NCBI GenBank assembly: GCA_964019335.1
Contig: OZ025703.1
Location: 1 to 64,000, forward strand
Source: Diplonema japonicum
Taxonomy: Eukaryota; Protista; Euglenozoa: Diplonemea
Direction of reading: 5' to 3'
Length of the DNA: 64,000 nt
This document shows, in pieces, positions 56,918 to 64,000 of this stretch. The notes below the pieces were generated by a model. That model had not been told where the DNA came from and ran no database searches. It worked only from the letters and a program-made list of their open reading frames with translations. Position 1 is the stretch's first letter. Each line of letters opens with the position of its first letter. The position numbers and the translations under genes were made by a program.

Positions 56918-58135
56918 ATGTATCCTACCTTTTCGAACCACAAGCCCGCCCCCGCTGTGGGCACCGACAGGTACATCTGCGACAGGTTCGACCCTGCGAC
57001 CTTCGGTCCCGTGTGCGCCTTCAACGAGTGGGACCCTTTGGAGGAGGTCATCGTGGGTGTTGGCGACAACTCCTGCGAGCCTGACTGCTCCATCGACCCC
57101 GTGTGGAGGTACCTCTTCCACAGTGAGGACAAAACTCTGGCGAGGAGGGGGCCCTACCCCAAGGACCTCATCGAGCAGGGCTGCAGAGAGCTCGACAACC
57201 TTACAAGGGTGCTGCAGAACGAGGGCGTCTGCGTGAGGAGGCCTACACCTGCTGCCTTCCACGAGCCCTTCAGCGCACCCGGTGCCTTTAAGTCGCCCTG
57301 CGGGTTCAACGCTACCTGCCCCCGTGACTTCCTCATGACCCTCGGGAACAACCTGATCGAGGCGCCTATGGGGCTCAGGACAAGGTTCTACGAGTACCAG
57401 TGCTACCGCCCGCTCATTCAAGACTATTTCAAGATGGGTGCGAACTGGGTGGCGGCGCCGAAGGGTGTCATGAAGGACGCGCTGTACGACGAGTCGTACC
57501 CTGTCGACGAGAACAGCCCAGAGAGGCAGGAGATGCTGCAGAAGCACAAGTACGTGACGACGGAGGAGGAACCCATCTGGGACGCCGCCGACTGGATGAG
57601 GATGGGGAAGGACATCTTCGCCCAGAGGTCCTTCGTCAGCAACGAGTTCGGGATCGAGTGGTTCAGGCGGCAGTTCGCACCCATGGGGTACAGGGTACAC
57701 ACCATGCACTCGGAGGACTTGGTGCCAAAGCACATTGACTGCACGCTTCTGCCGCTGCGTCCCGGTCTGGCCCTGGAGAACCCTACCAGGAAGTTCGAGG
57801 AGAGGGACCTGTTCTTGAAGAACGGCTGGAGGCTGCTGTCCAGTGTGAAGCCCTCACCGAAGCCAGACAAGTGGATGAAGACTGTCATCAGGCCCACCAG
57901 CAGCTGGATCGGCATCAACATCTTCAGCATTGACGAGCAGCGTGTTGTGGCCTCCGACACAGAGGAAGCTGTCATCAAGCAGCTGGAGTCTGTGGGGGTG
58001 AAGGTTATCCCCGTTCCCTTCCAAGCGATGTTTTACCTGGGTGGTGCCTTCCACTGTGCCACCACTGATGTCAGGAGAAGGGGTGATCGACTCTCGTACT
58101 TCCCTCAGTTGGACGAACAAGAGGTATGTGAAGGG

Positions 58136-58182
<47 letters not shown>

Positions 58183-58237
58183 TGCGCAAGACGAAGTTAA
58201 AAAATACACTGATTTCGTTGGTCATGTTCCGTTGTAA
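56918..58237 (+). CDS. Amidinotransferase (L-arginine:glycine amidinotransferase family)
   Basis: NEWDPLEEVIVG, CPRD, RFYE..YR, EPIWDAAD, HIDCT..PLRPG, GGAFHCATTD; probable intron 58124-58180. Confidence 0.9.
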
Positions 58238-59725
58238 GAGTGCTATTTATTAGCGTATTAAAAAAATAAAATAAAAAAATTTAAAAAAAATAAGAAGAAG
58301 TTAAGTAAAATTTAGAGACACGAACGAAAGTAATGTCCTTTCTGCGTTTTTTTTTTAACCGGGTGGGGTTTCTTTTTTTTTAAACTTCCCCCCCCTTTTT
58401 TTATATATTACACAGTACTTTTCTTTGTACAAAATTAAAAAAAAACAAAAAGAGTGAAAGAGGCTTTTTTAAAAAAGAGAAAAAAAAATAATGTTGCATA
58501 TGTGAGCTGTTAAGGCACAAAGGAGAACAAGAACAAAAAAAAGAAAAGAAAAAAAAAGTGTGCGCTATTTAATTACCCTACTTTTTTATGAATATTTTTG
58601 TTTTTCTTTACAAAAAGCGATCTTTTTTTTGCAATAAAAGAAGAAAAAGTGTCCATTATATATATTTTTTCTTTTATACCTACACACGTACATTTCTTTC
58701 CCCTCCCCCTGTTCCTTTTTTTTTGTTTTTGTTTTTTTAAATCCCTTCCTTCTGATTCTCCCTTTTCTCACCTCCCTCCCCCTTTTTAAGGCGTCCTGCC
58801 ACTTTTTTTTTAACACGTACTGCTCAATTTCCTGAAATGTACAAAAAACCGACTATTTCTTTTTAGGCGATCCTGTCACATACTGCAGGTTACCTTCAAA
58901 GACATCTTTTTTAACCTTTCTTTCTCGACCGAGAGTTGATTTTTTTTCATTTATTCTTCTTTTTTTTTTCTCCCTCTTCTTCTTTCTTTTTGAAATTAAA
59001 AGAGAGAAACAAAAAGAAGAAGAAAAAAAAAAATCACTTTACTAAAGGAAGCCCAGCGGCAGGCTGTACAGGGCAAGAACAACAATTACCTTCATTCTGT
59101 CATTTTTCACAAGTTGCCACTTTTTTTTTTGTAAAGAACCTTTTGAGTATTTAAAAAAAAAAAAAAAACCCAAACGAACGGAAGACAGAAAACTTCAAAC
59201 GGCCCAAAAGGAAAAAAAAAAAGATTTTTTTCTTCTCTTAACTCCCCCCCCCATTTTTTTTCATTATGTTTATTCCATTTTCAATAACACAAAATAAAAA
59301 AAAGAAAGAAAAAAAAACCCCCAAAAAAGTGAGAACTACATGTTTTGAACTGGCCTACCAGGTTCTAACCGGTGGCTGGGGGGGAGGGGGGCCCTTCTGG
59401 TTCCTGCCCTAGTTTAAGCAGGACTACTACCACCCTCTTTTTTTTTCTTCTTACACACACTGAATTAAAAAAAAAAAAAAAAAAAAAAAAGCCACATATG
59501 ACAATAAGTACAGAGCTCTATATGTCCCCGTTTTGCACGGAAAAAAAAAAAACATTTATTTCACCGCTCCCCCCATATTTTTTTTTTCTTCGCTACCCTT
59601 ACCGATCCCCTCCCTTTTTTTAAATATAAAAAAAAAAAACCATTGCATTACACAAAACGTTCAAACCTTGCTTTAATTTCCTTTACACAAAAGAAAAGGA
59701 GGGGGGGAAGGGGAGGGTGGGGCCT

Positions 59726-60070
59726 ATGCCGCTTGCAGTCTACCAAGGGAGTGGCTGTATGATGTCGCGTAAAAGGGGTTACGATGAGGAGGAGGAGGGG
59801 GAGGATGCAAGCAAGCGACGGCGGTGCGAACAGACCTATCAGAAGCCGAAAGTAGAGTGTGAACCATGCCCCCTCCCATACTCCCAGTTGGCACAGGCGA
59901 ACCCTCACCTCTCCCAGGCAGTTATAGTCCACCCTTTGTTCCCTGTCTGTGATCGCACGGATGACTGCAGCAAGCAACAGCTTCTCCAAGCACAATATCA
60001 ACTTCACCAACAGCACCTCTTGTGCCAAGGAAGTACTCTGGAAGAAGGCTCGGTGATGGACCTTGATTGA
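59726..60070 (+). CDS. Small hypothetical protein with NLS-like motifs
   Basis: GC-rich island in AT-rich spacer; RKR..KRRR; ends MDLD. Confidence 0.5.
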   Translation: MPLAVYQGSGCMMSRKRGYDEEEEGEDASKRRRCEQTYQKPKVECEPCPLPYSQLAQANPHLSQAVIVHPLFPVCDRTDDCSKQQLLQAQYQLHQQHLLCQGSTLEEGSVMDLD

Positions 60071-60076
60071 TCATTC

Positions 60077-60118
<42 letters not shown>

Positions 60119-60478
60119 TCACTGTGTACAGATTTTTCTTTTTTTTTATTGTTTTTGTTTGTCTTCCCCCCTCCTTCTTCCTAGCCTGTTTTTTTCCCCC
60201 CCCTTTTCTTTTCCCCTTCCACCACCCTCATCGTGAAGGCGAAGGTGTGCACAGAAAGAAGAAGAGGAAGAAGAAGAAGTTAAAAAAAAATACGTAACCA
60301 GGAACAGAGTAGAAAAAAAGGGGGGAGGTAGATTTTAGGATCAGGGCTATTGGGGGGGGGGGGGGTGAAAGATGAGAAGAAAGGATTAAAAAAAGGTTTT
60401 TAAAGCCTTTCGGGACCCTACCCCTCCCGATCTTTAGTTTCTTTTTGTTTTTTGAAACTGTACAACTATTGTGTCCTT

Positions 60479-60627
60479 ACCAACTCGGTTGAGGGTTTTA
60501 TACCTAAGGTACCGAGGAGGGTGAACGAGGGGCCGAAGGCCACACCACAGCAGAAAGGTTCGATCAAGAGATAGATTGAGACTCTTCAGGCGTCCTGCCA
60601 CATACCGCAGGTACCCTTAAATGTCTC
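60479..60627. repeat. Second full copy of the 149-nt element, followed by poly(T)
   Basis: Base-for-base identical to 13775-13923. Confidence 0.9.
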
Positions 60628-61093
60628 TTTTTTTTTCTTTTTTTTTTTCTCTTTGTTCTCCCTTCGTTCTTTATTGGTTTTTTGTGTTTTTTTTTCTTTT
60701 TTTGTTTTAAACTTGTCACTCTCCTCACCTTCATCTTCCGTCTTCTCGGCTTTTCGATCACAGGCCGTCCACAGTATCTCAATAACCTTTACAAAATAAT
60801 AGTTTTAAAAAAAGGGAAATAAATCGAAGCGTTTTTTTTCCTATTTTTATCACTATATAGTTGAGTCAGCAGCATTCTCTTCTTCTTCTTCCTCTTTTCT
60901 CTTCCTGTTGTGTTCTTCTTTTTTTTAACAACAAACAAGGCAGTGAGTATTCTTTATTCTTATCTTCTTCTTTTCCCTTCAGACGATGATCACCACCACC
61001 ACCCAGGTTTTTGTATTAACGCAAAAAAAAAAAGAAAAAAAGAAGAAAAAAAAAGAATAAATAAATAAAGAGGGAAGGATCTCCCTTTTCACG

Positions 61094-64000
61094 ATGGGAA
61101 GCTTGAGGACGTTGGAAGTGTTGTGGGTGGCGATTACAATGGTTTGTGTGCTCTTGGCGGGGACAGGGGCGGAGGCGGTGGATCCAGCAAGGCAGTCGAC
61201 GACGCAGCCTCTGACGGTGTCCTCGCTCGCCTCGTCTCTGGGGGAGACGGTGGAGGCCTTTCGGGGGGTGGTGGCGGACTCCCTTGTGGGGCAGGCGGAC
61301 GCCTTGATCGACGCCCTCGGGGTGCGCAGCGCGGTGGAGGCGATGACGGAGAGCCTGGAGCTGCTGAACGATTTGAAGGATCAGGCGGTCGCTGCTGTGG
61401 ACGAGATGGCGGAGTTCTTCGAGGGCAGCGTGGTGGGGACCTTCGTCGACGAGATCAGCGACCTCGCCGGGAACCTGAAACCCTACATCCGCACCTTCTC
61501 CGGGCAGTGCTCCGCTGCCGCCGGCTCGTCGAACAGGAAGGCGATGCTCCTTGAGGCACAGCAGAACCACCACTTGAGGAGGAGGAGGGTGGCGAAGTCC
61601 CTGTCGGGGGTCTGCTGCCCGACCGAGATGTTCTGCAACCACGCGAACCCGAACCTCCGAAACATAAGCTGCCCGCTCCTCACGGTGACCCTGGGCTTCT
61701 CGGTCTCGTACACGGGTTTGAAGAAGGGGAACTTTCAATTCACCCCCTCTGTGGGGCTCGGGGTGAGCATAGGGGTCAACACGAACCCTGGCGTTGAGAA
61801 CTGGTACGACCACCTCATGATCGGGGTGGGCCTTGGGTGGAGTGCCGGGGTCAACTACGAGAGGCCTGCGAAGACCCCGGTACCGACCCCGGTCCCTCCC
61901 ACTCCGTCTCCGTCCACCCCTTCTCCCAACACCCCTGCTCCTTCGACTCCTGGACCCGTCACTCCCTCCCCCTCGACGACTGTTCCCAGCACCTCTGTTC
62001 CTCGGACACGGGCACCTCGCACATCGGCACCGCGTACGCGCGCCCCGCCAACTTCTGCCCCACCCACGAGAGCTCCTCCCACTCGCGCGCCCCGCACCCG
62101 CGCCCCTCCCACGCCGGCGCCTCGCACCCCTGCCCCTCTCACGCCTGCACCCCGCACGCGCGCACCCCCCACACCCGTCCCGCGGACACCGATCCCTCCG
62201 ACACCTCAACCTGCAACGAAAAGCAGCGAGGGGTGTACCTCGAACGATGACTGTGGGTTGAGCGAGGAGTGCGAGGACGGGGTCTGCGTGCAGGAGACCA
62301 CGGTCGGACACGGGAGGAAGCCACTGTCTCTCCTGGAGGAGAAGAGGGACGGGAAGGTTCTTGCGTCTTCCACCACCGGATCTACCAGTTCTTCTTCTTC
62401 TTCTTCTTCTTCTTCTTCTTCTTCTTCTTCTTCTACTACTACTAGCAGCACATCGAAAAAGATAAAAGGCTTCTTCGCAAACACGAAGTTCGAGGTGTCC
62501 TTGTCCGTGGAATGGTTCGCGAATGCAGGGGCCTTCAGCGGCTTCGCCTTCACGATCGGGTTGGACATGCCTGCGATCGTGCAGGCGGTGACGGGGATCG
62601 ATGGGGTGAGCATCGTCTTCACGCACCCGCACTGGCGTTGCTTCGAGGTGGTCTCTGCAGCGACCTGGTGGAAAAACGTGTTCTTCGGGGGTTTCGGGTT
62701 GAACCTGAAGTCGTGGGAGGTGTTCAAGAAGTCGACGCCGCAGGCGACGACAGAGATGGACGCGGCGATCGACGGGTTGGAGGGACAGGTGAGGCGGTCG
62801 CTTCCCCAGATTGCGAAGGGTTGGAAGGACCAGAAGAAGAAGGCGATCACGGATGCGCGCGGGAACAAGTGGTCTGGGATCGGGTTCAGTTTGGGGATGG
62901 CGGCGACTCTGGAGGACACGCTTCCGGGGACGAGTTTGGCTTACGATCCCTCCGAGTGTCCTTCTGAGACAAACAGCAGGAACGAGTTTACCAGCCGGAA
63001 CACAGCGACCACCACTTCTTCGAGTTCTAGTTCCACCGCCACTGCTGCTGGAGTCACTATGATTGGTGGTGGTGATGATGATGATGATGGTTCTTCGTCC
63101 CCAACAACCCAGAGCAACAACAACAACAACAAAAACAAAAACAGCAGCAGCAACACGAGGGAGCTTTTAGACGCAGCATCAGACATTGGGAGCTTCATGG
63201 AGGTGATGAAACCGATCTTGAAGGACGGAGAGATCACGATGCCCTTCTGCCTCGGAGACTGCGAACACCCCACTCCAACAACGACGCTGTCCGGGACGGG
63301 TCGGATCGGGCAGCCCCCTACCTGCGACGGGGTGGAGGCGAGCGTGTCGGTGGACGAGCTGACGGTGGCGAACGTGGCCTATCTGATGACGAGCAACTTC
63401 GACAGGGACGTGGCGAGGGCCTTGGACACGATTCTCTCACCCGTGCTATCCTTCGGGATCCGGGACACGAAGCTCGCCCTCGCAGCGACGACCTCGGGGG
63501 TGAAGCTGTACGCGATCGGGTCGCCGAGGCTCCCGGACATCCTGCAGGGGGACTTCTTGGAGGTGGTGAAGGACGTGACGGAGAACTTCCGGGTGTCGGC
63601 GAGCGCGGAGCTGAAGTACGCCGGGTCGGCGGATCTGGAGCTGCGGATCGGGACGGACCCGGACACGTCGGAGAGCAACTTCGCGGTGGTGAACGTGGCG
63701 GGGACGCTCGGGATGAGCATCTACATAAACTACCAGCATTCCTTCGGGGGGCTCCCGAAGCAGACCCTCGGGGTGAACATCCCGCTGAAGGTGTGCGTGG
63801 AGCGGTGCAGCAGCGAGGACTACGGGGACCGCTACTTTTTGTACCTGGCGGGGGACCTGTCCCTGGTGGTGACCCCGTCGGCGCAGCTGGTGCGCGGGTC
63901 CTTGAAGGTGGACGGGTGGTGGTTCAACGCCCTGGGGCTTCCCTTCCTGCAGATCGGGGACATCATCCTCGGGGTGGAGTGGGATCTGAAGTCCCCGATC
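61094..64000 (+). CDS. Large secreted/surface protein with T-x-A-P pentapeptide repeats; 3' end beyond the window (absent from the ORF track)
   Basis: MGSLRTLEVLWVAITMVCVLLAGTGAEA signal peptide; PTRAP/PTPAP repeats ~61870-62210; CTSNDDC..C...C motif; poly-S/D/N runs; frame open at every point spot-checked up to 64000. Confidence 0.85.
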   Translation, partial: MGSLRTLEVLWVAITMVCVLLAGTGAEAVDPARQSTTQPLTVSSLASSLGETVEAFRGVVADSLVGQADALIDALGVRSAVEAMTESLELLNDLKDQAVAAVDEMAEFFEGSVVGTFVDEISDLAGNLKPYIRTFSGQCSAAAGSSNRKAMLLEAQQNHHLRRRRVAKSLSGVCCPTEMFCNHANPNLRNISCPLLTVTLGFSVSYTGLKKGNFQFTPSVGLGVSIGVNTNPGVENWYDHLMIGVGLGWSAGVNYERPAKTPVPTPVPPTPSPSTPSPNTPAPSTPGPVTPSPSTTVPSTSVPRTRAPRTSAPRTRAPPTSAPPTRAPPTRAPRTRAPPTPAPRTPAPLTPAPRTRAPPTPVPRTPIPPTPQPATKSSEGCTSNDDCGLSEECEDGVCVQETTVGHGRKPLSLLEEKRDGKVLASSTTGSTSSSSSSSSSSSSSSSSTTTSSTSKKIKGFFANTKFEVSLSVEWFANAGAFSGFAFTIGLDMPAIVQAVTGIDGVSIVFTHPHWRCFEVVSAATWWKNVFFGGFGLNLKSWEVFKKSTPQATTEMDAAIDGLEGQVRRSLPQIAKGWKDQKKKAITDARGNKWSGIGFSLGMAATLEDTLPGTSLAYDPSECPSETNSRNEFTSRNTATTTSSSSSSTATAAGVTMIGGGDDDDDGSSSPTTQSNNNNNKNKNSSSNTRELLDAASDIGSFMEVMKPILKDGEITMPFCLGDCEHPTPTTTLSGTGRIGQPPTCDGVEASVSVDELTVANVAYLMTSNFDRDVARALDTILSPVLSFGIRDTKLALAATTSGVKLYAIGSPRLPDILQGDFLEVVKDVTENFRVSASAELKYAGSADLELRIGTDPDTSESNFAVVNVAGTLGMSIYINYQHSFGGLPKQTLGVNIPLKVCVERCSSEDYGDRYFLYLAGDLSLVVTPSAQLVRGSLKVDGWWFNALGLPFLQIGDIILGVEWDLKSPI

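Noticed and set aside
60740-60780. U2 snRNA 5' end (CTTCTCGGCTTTT)
   Set aside because: Match limited to ~12 nt; no GCTAAGATCAAG, branch-point or Sm region

Overview
Eukaryotic DNA, most likely a euglenozoan and probably a diplonemid. This is inferred from a kinetoplastid-like HSP70 and adenylosuccinate synthetase, about 49 kb of same-strand genes, tiny GT-AG introns and T-x-A-P repeats. The window has three parts. (1) 1-15.2 kb is a repeat graveyard: a scrambled CRE-clade non-LTR retrotransposon (RT plus restriction-like endonuclease), a second decayed CRE fragment, several hAT-type MITE termini, a ~1 kb inverted duplication, and a head-to-tail array of ~270-340 nt units each starting with an HDV-like self-cleaving ribozyme. 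One ribozyme copy (13960-14097) is intact; the others are damaged by CpG->TpG/CpA changes, some at the catalytic C. (2) 15.4-58.2 kb is a compact, all-plus-strand housekeeping cluster: HSP70, two NXF1/Mex67-like paralogs, ADSS, TTLL, dynein intermediate chain, kinesin, G-patch, XMAP215, HAP40-like, PSTK, MRH-EDEM, M14 peptidase, EF-hand, AK9-like, DnaJ and an amidinotransferase. It is interrupted at 38.7-39.3 kb by an Ac/Ds-like MITE and a 184-bp-arm palindrome. (3) 58.3-64 kb is homopolymer-rich spacer plus a large secreted T-x-A-P-repeat gene that runs off the window. An identical 149-nt structured element occurs at 13775 and 60479, and its 3' part is fused to the CRE element. The best candidate for a new system is the tandem HDV-ribozyme ('retrozyme-like') unit beside a CRE retroelement. 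All calls are by eye; no searches or folding programs were run.
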